Shown: piece by piece, positions 25,343 through 38,765 of the stretch
Layout: each line of letters opens with the position of its first letter
How positions within the stretch are numbered: position 1 is the stretch's first letter
NCBI GenBank assembly: GCA_951406725.2
Contig: OX597821.1
Location: 102,320,001-102,444,000, forward strand
Direction of reading: 5' to 3'
DNA from: Octopus vulgaris
Lineage: Eukaryota
DNA length: 124,000 bases
Program-made: the position numbers and the translations under genes
The notes under the pieces: model-generated
Told to the model about the DNA's origin: nothing
What the model saw: the letters and a program-made list of their open reading frames with translations, nothing else
Databases searched by the model: none

Positions 25343-28300
25343 TTTTCGCCATTATATATATGTCAGGCAAAAACGAAATTCGTTGTTTACTTATGTCAGT
25401 TCACGTTTATGACAAGGCCGGCTAATAACAAACCTATTCAATCAATTTACTTTCAGTTTTATTTTGAAAACCACTAAACTGTTTTCTAACCTCTAACAGT
25501 AATTAACCCACGTGGTGACAATGTCGAAGCCGGTCGAATATCGCTCGAAATGTTTATGTGAAGACGCTAGCACATTCGTTATTAAAATATCCGTTTAACT
25601 GAGTTTCTGTTAGATGAGATTAATATATAACCATGCCTTTCCTACGCCACGAAAGGTCTATGAAATACAGTAAATATTAATTTCTAATCGAAACACAATG
25701 TCATATTTTGAGAGAGTATAATTAAGACAGACCGTAATTTCGATCTTTGTACATATAAAATAGCGAACGAAATAGTAAGCAAAATAATCTGTAATGGTAA
25801 ATACAGGAATTCCCTTTTTTTATTCTGTTCGAAGTATTTAATATAGTTTCTTTAACTTTTAAATATATGCAGAGCAATGCTCAGATAATTATTTGAAACC
25901 TCTTGTAAATTTATCTGCGAACAATTATCGATTCTAGAAGGGTGAAAAGCCAGGATGGCCACTCCGAAAGTAAAGATATTTAGTGGTACATTCTAAAGCA
26001 GATGAACTTTTCTGGCGGAATTTTAGAACAGCTAAAAGAGCGGTTTTCTTCTGTAATATCCTCATGTTTCATACGACAGAAATTGAAATTATGAGTCTGA
26101 CCCCCACTCCCAATCTATTTATTTTTTTTTATATACATTTCTTTCCAGCCTTTCCGCTGAGGTAAGGGACTACGAAGGCACAGCTGTTCCAAAACTCTGC
26201 CGATTCCCTTAAGACGAGAGTGAATTGTAAAAACCGTATTTTAACGTGTATGAGGAACCCTTTTTCTATCAAAATTAGGTTTCTAAATTTTAAGCCCTCC
26301 AAATTTGAGGGTTCCTTATACACGTTAAAATATGGTAATTAAGAATCTGCGAAAGTATACACGCCAATCAAAAATAACGAATCGTTTAAGTTCATAAGCA
26401 ATTTAAATGTCAGTATGAATGAGTTCAACCTCAAGTACTTCTCGTACTTAAAAAAAGAAGTAAATATGATATAATAAATTGTCGCACTGGTCTCAAGGTT
26501 TGAACCATTAAAAATTTTTTTTAGATTTTTCAGATATTCATCAATGAATTGTTTCAAATTTGAATGTTTAAAAGCAGGTAAAAATGTGATTTCCCCACCG
26601 ATGCTGTCAAGAAAATATTTAAAATAATAACTAAAATATTTTAAAAAGGGGGGGAAAAAAATACATACATAGCGATGCAAACTTAGAGACTTTTCTTCGG
26701 TTAAATTCCATTGGTGTCGGTTGCGTGTAAACAAACAGGCAGAGAGAGAGATGTGAACCGTTGAAAAAGGAGTGAAACAATCTATATGGGATCTCGCCCC
26801 AGTCAAGTTATTGTCACGGACAAGAGATTAATTTGCAACTTTAAATTTACTACTACTACTGTTACAAAAAAAAAAAAAAAAAAATCAAGTATTATGATTA
26901 TCGAGACGGGGTGCGGTGGCGGTGATAGTCCTAGAGGGACGAGTAATGATATAAATAAAAACGAGATGGATAGTTGACATTGTTTCTGTTCTTTATTTGT
27001 TACGGGGTCACGAACTGGGAAAGCAGCAATATTTATCATAGCTATTGTGGGTTTTTTTTTTTTTTTTTTTTTTAAATAGGAAAAGCAGCGAGGATAGTCA
27101 TGGACACAATAGAAAAAGAAAGGAAAGAAGAGAGAAACGAGGAGTGGCAGCAAAGAGAAGGTTTATATTATTATTATTTTTTAAGACGTAAGCCGGCGGA
27201 ATAGTAAACACGCCGGGCAAAAACGTCTTTAAGTTCTGAATTAAAATTCCGCCGAAGTCGACTTTGCCTTTCTTCGTTTCGGAGTCGATAAATTAAGTAC
27301 CATCGTCGATGTAAAAAACTAGTCCCCTCCCAACAAATTTCAAGCGATGTGCCTATTATAGAAAGGATTAGTATTGTTGTTACAGGCAGAATCGTTAGCA
27401 TGTTAGACGAAAATGCTTAGCGGTATTTCGTCTGCCGTCACGTTCTGAGTTCAAATTCCGCCGAGGTCGACTTTGCTTTTCATCCTTCCGGGGTCGATTC
27501 CAGTACCAGTTACGCACTGGGGTCGATATAATCGACTCAATCCGTTTGTTTAGCCCCTTGTGGGTAGTAAAGAAATAGGTATTTCGCCAGTCGCTACGTT
27601 CTGAGTTCAAATTCCGCTGAGGTCGACTTCGCTTTTCATCCTTTCGGAGTTGATAAATTAAGTACCAGTGAAATACTGGGGTCAATGTAATCGACTTAAT
27701 CCCTTCCCCCAAATATGAGGTCTTGTGCTTCCAGCAGAAAGGATTATTATTATTGTTTGAGAGAAAAGAAAATTTAGCTTAGACCACGAGAATAATTTGC
27801 TCTGGACTAGATCGAATAACAAGAATGTTAAGTTGGTTTGTTGTTTGTAGTAGTTTTTCATAGGGTGAAGAGTGGGTTTACAAAGGGAAAAAAATTGGGT
27901 GGGTGTGGATATTTAACCCTACGTAATTTACCGATTTTAAAAATTTTATTTTCAAAATTAATTGAAACAAATGGCAACGAAAAAGGAGCAATAAAAATTT
28001 GGCACAAAGCCAGCAATGTTAGGGGAGTTCGTTGATAACCTTATTTTATTGACCGTGGAAGAATGAAAGGCAAAGTCGAACTAGACGGGATTCAAACTCA
28101 GAACGTAAAGAGCCAGAAGAAATGTTGCTAAGCATTTTGTCCGACACGCCAACGATTCTGCTGGCCGCCTTCAGTTGCAAATTATGACATAAGGCCAGTA
28201 ATTTTAGGGAAGGGATTATGTTGGTCTGATCGATTTCGGTATTTGACCGGTACTTTATTATATAGACGTCGACAGGGTGAAAGGCAAGGTCGACCGTGGC

Positions 28301-28549
28301 GGAATTTGAACTCAGAATGTAAAGAGCCGGAAGAAATGATACTAAATATTTTTGTACGAAGTGCTAACGATCCTGCCACCCTGTTACCTTGAATTTGAGA
28401 TGGTATTAAACGTTGGCGGTTTTTCGAACTTTGTACATATATGTTGGAGGAAACTGAAATATAAACAGGATAGTCAAGATCGGTCATTCTTGTGATTCTT
28501 AAACGGTTCATCATTTGTTTGTAATATTTGAACGGTGACAAGTCTAAAC

Positions 28550-28781
28550 AAATGCCATTCACATTTGACGGATATTTGTCCTCCTCTTTGTTGTTAACAC
28601 AACGTTTCGGCTGATATACCCTCCAGCCTTTATCAGGTGTCTTGGGGAAATTTCGAGCCTGGGTTCTCATTCCTATGTTGTTGTTGTTATTATTATTATT
28701 ATTATTCAGGTCACTGTCTGGAATCGAACTCGGAATCTTGGGGTTAGTAGCCCGTGCTCTTAATCACTACGCCATATGCCC
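28550..28781 (-). mobile_element. tRNA-headed SINE carrying a hammerhead-like motif
   Basis: Head GGGCATATGGCGTAGTGATT..CGGG CTACTAA CCC..GAGTTCGATTCC has A and B boxes and tRNA-like arms. It is followed by an (AAT)n(AAC)n linker and then the hammerhead at 28641-28596. Confidence 0.7.
28596..28641 (-). ncRNA. Type I hammerhead-ribozyme-like motif (core G8 mutated in this copy)
   Basis: GACAC-CTGATAA-A-GGCTG(gagggtatat)CAGCC-GAAA-CG-TT-GTGTT: stem I, stem II and a minimal palindromic stem III. Confidence 0.7.
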
Positions 28782-31608
28782 GGGAATATGGGCGTAGTGC
28801 TTAAGAGCGCGGGCTATTAACCCCAAGATTCCAGGTAGTGATCTGAATAATAATAATAACAACAACATACCTTAGGAATGAGAACCTCGTCCCCTCAAAA
28901 TTGCAGGCCTTGATAATAATTAGCATTATCTACTGTTATTATAAAAGAGGCAAACTGGTAGAATCATTAGATTGGTAGAAAATGCCTTGCGGTATTTGTT
29001 CCGACTCATTACATTCGGAGTTCAAATCTAATCGAGGGTGTCTTTGTAACGCTCGTGCATGTCTAAAAGTGTCAAGGGGAAGGTTCAAAAACAAAAAAAA
29101 ACAAAAAACGTGACAGTGTGAATGAAGAAATATGTCAAATATGTGACTATTATTTGTCTTTACTCTAGCCAGCACCAATCGTTTCATCTTGCCTTATTTG
29201 CGCTGCAAGTAAAAACTACAACTGAAATCCTGTTTAAAAAAAGGTGGACGTCTTACGCCAGTCTGGCTTTCTAAGTTGATGATGTCCGTCGTCTCTATAC
29301 ATTCAACATATTCCAACGTCATTCATGCTACAAGATCTACCTTCTCACATGTCAATTTGCCGCAGTCGTCACGTAACGGTTATAAAGCCAGGTTGAAAAG
29401 CGAGGAAAGTAAAGCTCGCTGAACAAAACTAAACCACACTCCCCACACATCACACGCAAATATGAACTTAGGCAACAAAAATAGATAAGTTGTCAATCTT
29501 TTTTGCCAAACCAGAAGAGTCCTTATAGTTAGTGTTTACTAACTGTTTTTATATTTTAGTCATTAACCCATAAAGTGCTAGGATTTGCACTTACATAGCA
29601 TGAACTGCTGAGCACATTTTATGAAAATGAGACTACCATGCACACATAAAAAATATTTAAAAAATAGTCAAAATATCTTCTTAGTATAAAATGGTGGCAA
29701 GTTTTACATCATCTGAAAAGTCATTAGTTGAACTATTTAGTCCTCTTGCATTCTGGGGGGTATCGGAGTGTTTGAATGACATTAGACCCCAACAAACGCC
29801 CATAACTTAAATGCACCTATCTGGGCCACAATTGTGCCCTGTTGACCCGTGCCTAACGGCCACCATCGTGGCCCGTCGCGCTTTATGTGTTAAGCTACTG
29901 CGAAATAAAATCTTAACCGGGATAAAAAGCTGGTAACAGTGACCATCTGTACGGTTCGGTTTGCTAGAAGCAACAGCCAAATCTACTCCAAATCAGATAT
30001 CTTCTTTCTATTCAAAAAAAAAAAGAAGACAACAATGAAGTTGCAATAATCAGGACGAGGAGTGGGAGATAGATACTATGAAGACGAGATTTTGTCTCCA
30101 AATGCTGGTCTTAGTCATTGGACAGCGGCCATGCTGGGACATCGCATTGAAGGGTTCAGTTGAATAAATCGATCACAGTACTTATTTTCCGAAGTCTGGT
30201 ACTTATTCTATCGCTGTTTTGTCTAAACGCTAAATTGGGACATAAATAAACCAACACTGGTTGTCAAGCAGCGGAGAGGGACAAACACAAAGACACACAC
30301 GCGTTACATACGATGAGTTTCCATACAGTTTCCGTCGACCGGGGACTCTAATAGATGACTCTTGTCCAAGGTGCTAATCATGTCTGCTAGATCAAGGCTG
30401 CGCTGGAGCTGAACAACAACAGTATCTTAGACAGCTGTCTTAGTATTATTATAAGCCCCAGGGAAAATCAGTGCACTGGGTCCTATAGTATTTATTGACA
30501 GCATTATGTATACATTACATACACAGACATATGTAAATGTATACATATCTATCTATCCATCCACACACAAACGCGATGAGCTTTCACAGTTTCCGTTAAA
30601 TTCGCTCACAAGACATTGGTCGGCCCGGGACTGTAGAAGACATTTGCCTAAAATGCCAAGGAGTGGGAACGAACGCGAAACCACGTGGTTGCAAAGCGAA
30701 TTTCTTAATCACACAGCCATGCCCACGCCTATATCTGAACTACACATGTAAATAAACATGAGCCGGTCACAGCTGGAGTACTTTTGATCGTAGGTATGCG
30801 CGATCAAGATGACACGGAGATTAAAAAAATATAAAAAAACGACCACCTCCACCTGCTGCTATTGTATCGTACACACACACAGACACTCAGCAGCAAAAAA
30901 CAAACAAAACTGAATTCATAGACGGAGAGAGAGAGCACTTGGCTGGTGATAAATTTATGTATCAAATACCGCAACTGGTGGACTTCGACACCTCAGCGTT
31001 TATAGTTCCGTTGAAATTTATGAAGTTTTAGGCCTTTCTTAGATAGACTGTAAGTACTTGAATGTTATCACAAGTAGGTATGATAATAGCCCGTTACTGT
31101 TCTGTTCTGTATAGATTCAAGTCGACCTCTGACACTTCAGATGACCCCCAAACTCAGAAAGGGAAGGAAGAGGGGGAGAGAGAGAGAGGTAGGTATGAAA
31201 GAGGGAGATGGAAGGAGGGACAGAGAGGGGTATAGAGGAAATATTCTAACTCTTCACTTTCAGAATTTTTCTCACTCTGAGATGAAATAGGAAACAGTTA
31301 TTGGGCATAGAGAATCAATGACTCACAGACGCCAGCCATTTCCCCCTGATTTCTTTTTTTCAACCACCAGAACAACTTAGGACTTATGAAAGGAATGCTT
31401 CATTTACTCAGAACGTATGAAAATAGTTGGGAATAAAAAAACAACAACAACAAAAGAGAATGAGGGGTAAGTCAGTGTTAGCTTATTTAATGCAGGGATC
31501 ATTAAAAATAGCTAACTATAAATAAACATGCGGCGAAGAAAAAAAAACCCTCAAAAAAGAAAAACAAACCGATATTCTATATCGGTTAATGAGTAATAAT
31601 CTCTTTTT

Positions 31609-32226
31609 GGTACTTTTTGGTTATCTCACTCCCATTAAAAACTGGGTTATCCCCACCCCCGTTTTACGAGAAATATCGGTTCTTTTGGTTATACCTAACT
31701 AAAAAAATTGTTTAACCGTCAACGACAACAAAAAAGAAAAAGAAAAAATTAATAAACATAAAAAGCGAAAAGATGAAACATCGCTTTGAATCTCTCTTTT
31801 ACTTGTTTCAGTCATTTGACCGCGGCCATGCTGGAGCACCGACCTTAGTCGAGCAAATCGACCCCGGGACTTATTCACACGGTTCCGAGTTCAGTCCCAC
31901 TGCGTGGCATCTTGGGCAAGTGTCTTCTACTATAACCTCGGGTCGACCAAAACCTTGTGAGTGGATTTGGTAGACGGAAACTGTGTGTGACTGTGTTTGT
32001 CCCCCTAGCATTACTTGACAACTGATGCTGGTGTATTTATGTTCCCAATAACATTTTTATAACAAATCATACCATGCCTATCGAGGAGGCCTAACGCCAA
32101 CAATGAGTTCAAGTATTGAATCAAAAAGACCTCTTTTAATCCAATCTCTTGTCGTCACATTAACTGGATTTTTTAGTAGGGAGATATGGCAATTTTTTAA
32201 AGGGGGTGAGATAAACAAAAAGTACC
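31609..32226. mobile_element. Same MITE family with an internal SINE insertion
   Basis: TIRs present, TSD ctcttttt/ctcttttc, SINE pieces at about 31793-32052. Confidence 0.8.
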
Positions 32227-33071
32227 CTCTTTTCTTTTTTTCTGGGTTAGTTTGGGAAAGAAATTCAGACAAGTCCCACTCTTTTCTGGTCTCATCAGTA
32301 AAGCATAGAGTTCACTGTAATTATCTAAGAAGAACCGAAAGAGTTGCTAAGTAAACGAGCGGCTATAGGATTAACATATAATCTCCTCGATCAAAATTGA
32401 GAAAATATCGGACAGCTGCTGTAGAACTGAAGAAAAATAAACAAGAGATTTAAGTGAATGCGAAATACACGCTAACATTAGCCATTTTGTTTTATATTTG
32501 GTTTGTAAGATTCTTGATGTGAACTCGTGTGTTGAAACATATCTTGCTGTATTTTGGGAAGGTCATTATATCAGTAATAAACACACGCACTGGTTCTATT
32601 TCACTTCTTTATTTGATAATTGGTTAACTATTTAACCAATAGATTTTTTTGGTTAATCGTTCGGCCAATCAATCAACAAAGTTTGTTACCACTCGCGACA
32701 CCATCAAGAACAGCTTCATCATCCAGCAGTCCTGGACTATAGAAATAGCATGTAATCGGTGAAGTCGAAAATGGTGTTGAAAGGACTTTGACAAAACTAG
32801 CTGACTGATTGATTGACTGAACGATTAATCAAACAATCAATTACTGAAATGGCCGACTAATTGATAAAAAAATAAAGTGAGATAGAACCAGCGCGCGTTT
32901 CTCATTGGCATAATGACCCACCTGAGATTTAAAAAAAATACGATTTACATCTGCTTTACATTGTTACATTTGTTTCTTAGCCCTAACTTTAAACTATAAT
33001 ATCGCATTAAAATTTAGCTGAGTAAACCCTAAACCCTTTCCAACCACTACGTCTTTTGAAAGGCAATATTA

Positions 33072-33528
33072 CAGTAATCACTCGCCATATTGCGCCCTCG
33101 GTACATCGCTAATTTTTCTGGCTAATAGATGTAAATTTATATCGCGGACTCCTCAGTTTATCGCGGGTTTCTGCGGCCGACAGGTATTTATATTTTTTTA
33201 GATTTTAATTATTTCTGTGGTAAAATAAGCATTTTCACACCAAAAAGTTGATAAAAATACAGTACAGCACTGCACTGTATAACAAATAAAATTTATAAAT
33301 AAAAGAAAATACGTAGTGTACCGTAAATGAGAGTAAACAAAGAATCGCACATACTATAGGGAAAACGAAACTCGGGAGACGAGTGTATGGTGTTGTTTTG
33401 CATTTATAATAATATAGACTTATACAAATTATAAAAAAGAAAAAAATACACTACTGTTTCTACGCGGATTTTCACCTATCGCGGGGTTTTTTTGGAACGT
33501 AACACCCGCGTTAGTCGAGGTATTACTG
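33072..33528. mobile_element. Tigger/pogo-like MITE
   Basis: TA-flanked ends cagtaat...cg / cgaggtattactg with repeated CGCG-rich internal motifs. Confidence 0.7.
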
Positions 33529-34591
33529 TAAACCTTTCCCCATCAAGATAGGAACACGAGAATAATTTGTAACGTATTCAGTCAGTGCCAATACAGAACC
33601 TCTGGTAAATAATATACCAAGTCGACACAAATGGTTATCGTTACATAAACGAAAGAGTGACGTTTATTAAATTTACACCAACAACAGAACTGGTAATACG
33701 TAGCATTATTTTGTTATTCTATCGTTGTGCATTGGCTTACTGTAAGAAAGAAGAAAAGGTCATGTTACTTTTAGTAGGATGGACTTTTTATTTTCCTTCC
33801 TGTTTATGTAATTTTGTAGTAGTATTTTTAGATAAGACAAAAGAAAAAAAAAAGATACTTGATTTCGGCATCTTTTGTAAATGCAGCAACAAAGATACTC
33901 TTTCATTTCAAAGCAGTCGAAGGACAAAAGACACTTGACGAGAAATGTTAATAGCATTTCATTTATCTTTTCTCTCTCTCTCTCATTTTATTCTTTTACT
34001 TGTTTCAGTGACTAAGACTGCGGCCATGCTGGGACAACTCACTTGAAAGGTTTAGTCGAAAAAAGACCGATCTCTGTACTTATTCTTTTAAACAATCCCA
34101 TACTCATACAATCGGACCTTTTTGCCGAACCGCTAATTAATGGGTGCGTAAACAAACCAACATCGGTGGCCAAGGAATGTGGCAACAAAGGGTACGTACA
34201 CACACACACATAAATATGTATAAGACAGGCTTCTACACAGTTTCCGTCCACTTGATTAACTATTAAAGTATTGGTCAGTCCAGGCCTATAGCAGGAGACA
34301 CTTGCCCAAGGTGTCCTGCGATGGGACTGAACTCAAAACCAGCGATAGGAAAGCTAACTTCTTAACCACACAACCATACCACACTCCTCCCCCCTCTTTT
34401 CACACACAATATTCATTCTCTCCTTTTTCTTTATCTCTTCCTATCATAATCCTGGCTTTTTTATGTCTGTTTTTGCATATATAGTTTTCTCAATAATCTT
34501 TATTTTTTTCCGAAGAGGGATTTTTTCTGAAACGTCAACGCCTTCTTAATAACTCCACACCAATTTTATTAAACTATTCTTTTTTTTAACG

Positions 34592-35001
34592 AGGATCTTT
34601 TCGGTTTGAACAGCAGTTTTTTCTAGCGGTGTCATATGAAATTGTCACCCATATTATGACCCTAGTATCGATCTATTGCATTTCAATCTGTTTTAGGGTT
34701 CGGGGTGGGGGGAAGGGTATCTTTTTTTCTTCACAAATGTAAATAAACTCAATCTGTTTCTTAAACGAGGGACATATTCATACGGCACAGAATATTTTTT
34801 AAACCTCAATAGACGTATTTGATTTGCTGAAATTGCAGAAATTGAAGAAAAAAACAAATATCTTACAAACTATAGAATTTTCTCAATAAAGCCAAGAGAA
34901 AAATATGTTTTATAAACACATTCTACCAGTATACGAAGTTTAACATTTTTTAGTTACCTAGAAATTATGTTAAAAACTGCCGTTCAAACCGAAAAGATCT
35001 T
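34592..35001. mobile_element. MITE with an approximately 28-bp TIR (superfamily unassigned)
   Basis: aggatcttttcggtttgaacagcagttttt vs aaaaactgccgttcaaaccgaaaagatctt. Confidence 0.8.
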
Positions 35002-35281
35002 TTGACGAAACACCATTTAGTTTCCTAAAGCCCTGATTTTTATTTAACCACTCTTTGCTCGATATTTTTACTATCATCTCAATCAAACTACATAGTTTTT
35101 ATTTTAAGACTTCCCCGTAAATTCTTACTTTCAATTTTACATTTAGTCCTGTCAATAAACTCCACTTTCACCTATCGCTCTCACATATTCTAATTCCTTT
35201 TCATTTCTATTCTCTTCATCTACAAGTCATCACTGTTTAACTTCTACACACACAACAAACAATATAACAATCATCAACTAA

Positions 35282-35900
35282 GGCGGAGAGATGGCAGAAA
35301 CGTTAGCACGCCGGGCGAGATGCTTAGCGGTATTTCGTCTGTCGTTACGTTCTGAGTTCAAATTCCGCCGAGGTCGACTTTGCCTTTCATCCTTTCGGGG
35401 TCGATAAATTAAGTACCAGTTAAGCACTGGGGTCGATATAATCGACTTAATACCTATGTCTGTCCATGTTTGTCCCCTCTGTGTTTAGCCCCTTGTGGGT
35501 AGTAAAAAAATAGGTATTTCGTCTGCCAATACGTTCTGAGTTCAAATTCCGCCGAGGTCGACTTTGCCTTTCATCCTTTCTAGGTCGATTAAATAAGTAC
35601 CAGTTGCGCACTAGGGTCGATATAAGAGACTTAATCCGTTTGTCTGTCCTTGTTTGTTCTCTCTGTGTTTAGCACCTTGTGGGTAGTAAAGAAATAGGTA
35701 TTTCATCGGTCTTTACGTTGTGAGTTCAAATTCCGTCGAGGTCGACTTTGCCTTTCATCTTTTCGGGAGTCGATAAATTAAGTAATGAATTAATTTAAGT
35801 AATTTTTAATACTTCAATTAAGTATTAGTGAAACACTGGGGCCGATATAATTGGCTTACCGCAACCCCAAAATTGTTGGCCTTGTGCCACAATTTCAAAG
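35282..35900 (+). mobile_element. SINE family B, tandem cluster
   Basis: ggcagaaacgttagcacgccgggcg...gagttcaaattccgccgaggtcgactttgcctttcatcctttcggggtcgataaattaagtaccag repeated three times. Other clusters at about 1480-2130, 27200-27720, 42940-43350, 44570-44890, 58400-58925 and 65330-66365. Confidence 0.9.
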
Positions 35901-36512
35901 TAATCAACAATAATATTTACCTATGGGCTCGGAGAAATCCATATTGGCAGCAGTGTACTGTTGGTGGTTTTCAAACCATCCTATTTCTTCAGATGTAAAC
36001 ATTCCTGGAAGAAAGAAAGAAAAAAAGATATCAAAAGAAGTCAAAACTGAGATGGAAATTCCAAACATTAGGTCATTTAACAAAGAAAGAAAAGTGGGAA
36101 AGGAGTAACGTAGAGGAAACACGAAACGAAAGAGGATTTTAAATAACGGTGTGAGAGAGAGGAGGACATCAGTACAATGTGTATGTGTGTCTTTTCTCTT
36201 GACAGCTTGATTAATTATAAATGACCAGAGAGAGAGAAAATATTGGACGGTCAAAATGCATTGCGGTATTTCGGCTGCCGTTACGTTGTGAGTTCAAATT
36301 CCGCTGAGGTCGACAAATTAAGTACCAGTTACGCACTGGGGTCGATGTAATCGACTTAATACCTATGTCTGTCCTTGTTTGTCCCCTCTATGTTTAGCCC
36401 CTTGTGGGTAATAAAGAAATAGGTATTTAGAATCAACATTAAAAAAAAAAAAAAAATTTTAATCATTCTGAGATGCTTAATAAATATGTACCAATCATGT
36501 TCCGGCGTACTA

Positions 36513-36677
36513 CCGTATTTATTCGTGTATAAGTTGCAGCCCTAATTTAGTGTTGAATCTTTGTACAAAATATTTTCCATTCAGTTTTAGATTGCCCTGT
36601 GCATCGGACACCTCTCAGTTTTTCATAAAAATAAAATCAAGCATAAAAAAGTGCAACTCATGCACAAGTAAATACGG
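36513..36677. mobile_element. Tc2/pogo-like MITE
   Basis: Ends ccgtattta / taaatacgg. Confidence 0.55.
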
Positions 36678-37172
36678 TTTATTAGATTGGTTGTGTCCTT
36701 TCTAGAGAATTTCTGGCCTTATACCAATTCTATACAAATCAATATATCACTGGTGTGTGATTTCTGCCTTATCGCGTGGGTTAGTGGTCAGGGTAGTCGT
36801 TCATGATCGTAAGGTCGTGAGTTCGATTCCCGACGGTGCGTTGTGTTCTTGAGCAAGAGACTTTACTTCACGTTGCTCCGGTCTACGCAGTTAGCAAAAA
36901 TAAGTTATACCTGTAATTCCAAAGGCCAGCCATCTCACATCCTGTATCACGCTGAATCTCCACCAGGACTACGTTAAGAACACGCATGTCAGTAAAGTGC
37001 TCGGCTCCTTAAACGTTAATTTCACGAGCAAGCTGTTCAGTTAATCGGAGCAACTGGGACACTTGTCTTCGTAACCGACGGAGTACCAGTTCCTAGGTGT
37101 ATTTTAACGAAAGTCTGCGACCTACTGCGCATTCTAGCAAAGAATTTCTTCTTAGAACCTACACCTCAAATT

Positions 37173-38015
37173 GGTACTTTTTGGTTATCTCAACCCCATT
37201 AAAAATTGGGTTATCTCCCCTCGGTTTTCAGAAAAATATCGAAACTTTTGGTTATCGCCTTCAACTAAAATATTGTTTAACAGTCAATAAAAAAAAAGAT
37301 GAAAAAATTAATAAACATATAAAAGGAAAAGATGAAACCGTTTTGAATCTGATAATATTTTTTAAAACAAATACAAAACTGAAAAAATTAAACATCTAGG
37401 CGCAGGAGTGGCTGTGTGGTAAGTAGCTTGCTAACCAACCACATGGTTCCGGGTTCAGTCCCACTGCGTGGCATCTTGGGCAAGTGTCTTCTGCTATAGC
37501 CCCGGGCCGACCAATGCCTTGTGAGTGGATTTGGTAGACGGAAACTGAAAGAAGCCTGTCGTATATATGTATATGTATGTGTGTGTGTGTTTGTGTGTGT
37601 GTGTTTGTCCCCCTAGCATTGCTTGACAACCGATGCTAGTGTGTTTACGTCCCCGTCACTTAGCGGTTCGGCAAAAGAGACCGATAGAATAAGTACTGGG
37701 CTTACAAAGAATAAGTCCCGGGGTCGATTTGCTCGACTAAAAGGCGGTGCTCCAGCATGGCCGCAGTCAAATGACTGAAACAAATAAAAGAGTAAAGAGT
37801 AAAAGAGTATCTTACTATCTAATAATATTTTTTATAACAAATCATACAATGTCTATCGAGGAGGCCAAACGCCAACAATGTGTCGAAGTATTGAATCAAA
37901 AGGATCTAAATCTTTTAATCCAATCTCTTGTCGCCTAACTCGATGTTTTAATGGGGAGGTAACCCAATTTTTTAATGGCAATTTTTCAAAGGGGGTGAGA
38001 TAACCAAAAAGTACC
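37173..38015. mobile_element. Same MITE family with an internal full-length SINE
   Basis: TIRs present, TSD ctcaaatt, SINE at 37399-37808. Confidence 0.85.
37399..37808 (+). mobile_element. tRNA-derived SINE family A, intact representative
   Basis: A/B-box head ggcgcaggagtggctgtgtggtaag...gggttcagtccc, internal (TA)/(TG) microsatellite and AAAGAGT tail. Dozens of copies, e.g. 12105-12487, 18500-18870, 38925-39312, 47760-48150, 54905-55230, 59695-60100, 67315-67700, 91432-91810 and 118732-119108. Confidence 0.9.
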
Positions 38016-38079
38016 CTCAAATTATGTAATATATATTTCATACTTATCTGTCTCCTCAACCGTTTATTATCATAATTAT

Positions 38080-38290
38080 CATATACCTATTACTATAATC
38101 ATTATATCTAATCTTCCACTTAGTCTGCCTCAGAAGGCCATTTACACAGCAGGCATCAATCATCTTCGCGACACACTTAAAAGCAATATACTTTCTCCTT
38201 TTAACGCACCAATATTTCTGACTAAGCAACCTAGTTTAGACTAATAAAAATAATAAAATAGCGATACATTCCACAAGTCATAACATCAGT
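38080..38290 (-). mobile_element. Possible CR1-like LINE 3' remnant
   Basis: Degenerate reading similar to RL..RKY.F..R...W...VIDA..VNG at CR1 3' ends. Confidence 0.3.
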
Positions 38291-38490
38291 ACCTAGACTG
38301 ACCTGCCAAACAACATCCGTGCTACTTTACACTACCTGTCAGTCATCTACTCCAACCACCCGAACCCCCTTCACCTACACACCTCCAACTATCCAAAGCA
38401 CCCTTCCTCACAAAACGGTGTTAAACGGAATGGACCCCCAATGCTGGTTGCCGCTGCTGCTGCTTTTAATAAACATCCCAGAACCAACTC

Positions 38491-38765
38491 CATCGGCACC
38501 TGTATTGACATGTAACACGTGTCAGGCTTTTAACGGTCTTAAAGCATTCATCACCACTGTCGTCGTTGATTAGCCTCTCCGCCCTGATTTAGCAAGATGT
38601 ATGATCAGAGACGTTCCAACCGTGACCATCAGCACCTGTATTGACATGTAACACGTGTCAGGCTTTTAACGGTCTTAAAGCATTCATTCACCACTGCCGT
38701 CGTTGATTAGCCTCTCCGCCCTGATTTAGCAAGATGTATGATCAGAGACGTTCCAACCGTGACCA
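38491..38765. repeat. Tandem duplication, period about 136 bp
   Basis: catc(g/a)gcacctgtattgac...gttccaaccgtgacca occurs twice, nearly identical. Confidence 0.9.

Noticed and set aside
25048-25351. CpG-rich segment first read as the TGIF promoter or first exon, sharing a motif with 65.1 kb
   Set aside because: The shared 18-mer is the TIR of a MITE, and the ATG at 25351 gives only an 11-codon ORF.
36772-36850. tRNA-like sequence (also 11210-11270)
   Set aside because: Heads of SINEs with imperfect cloverleafs followed by SINE bodies; no bona fide tRNA gene found.
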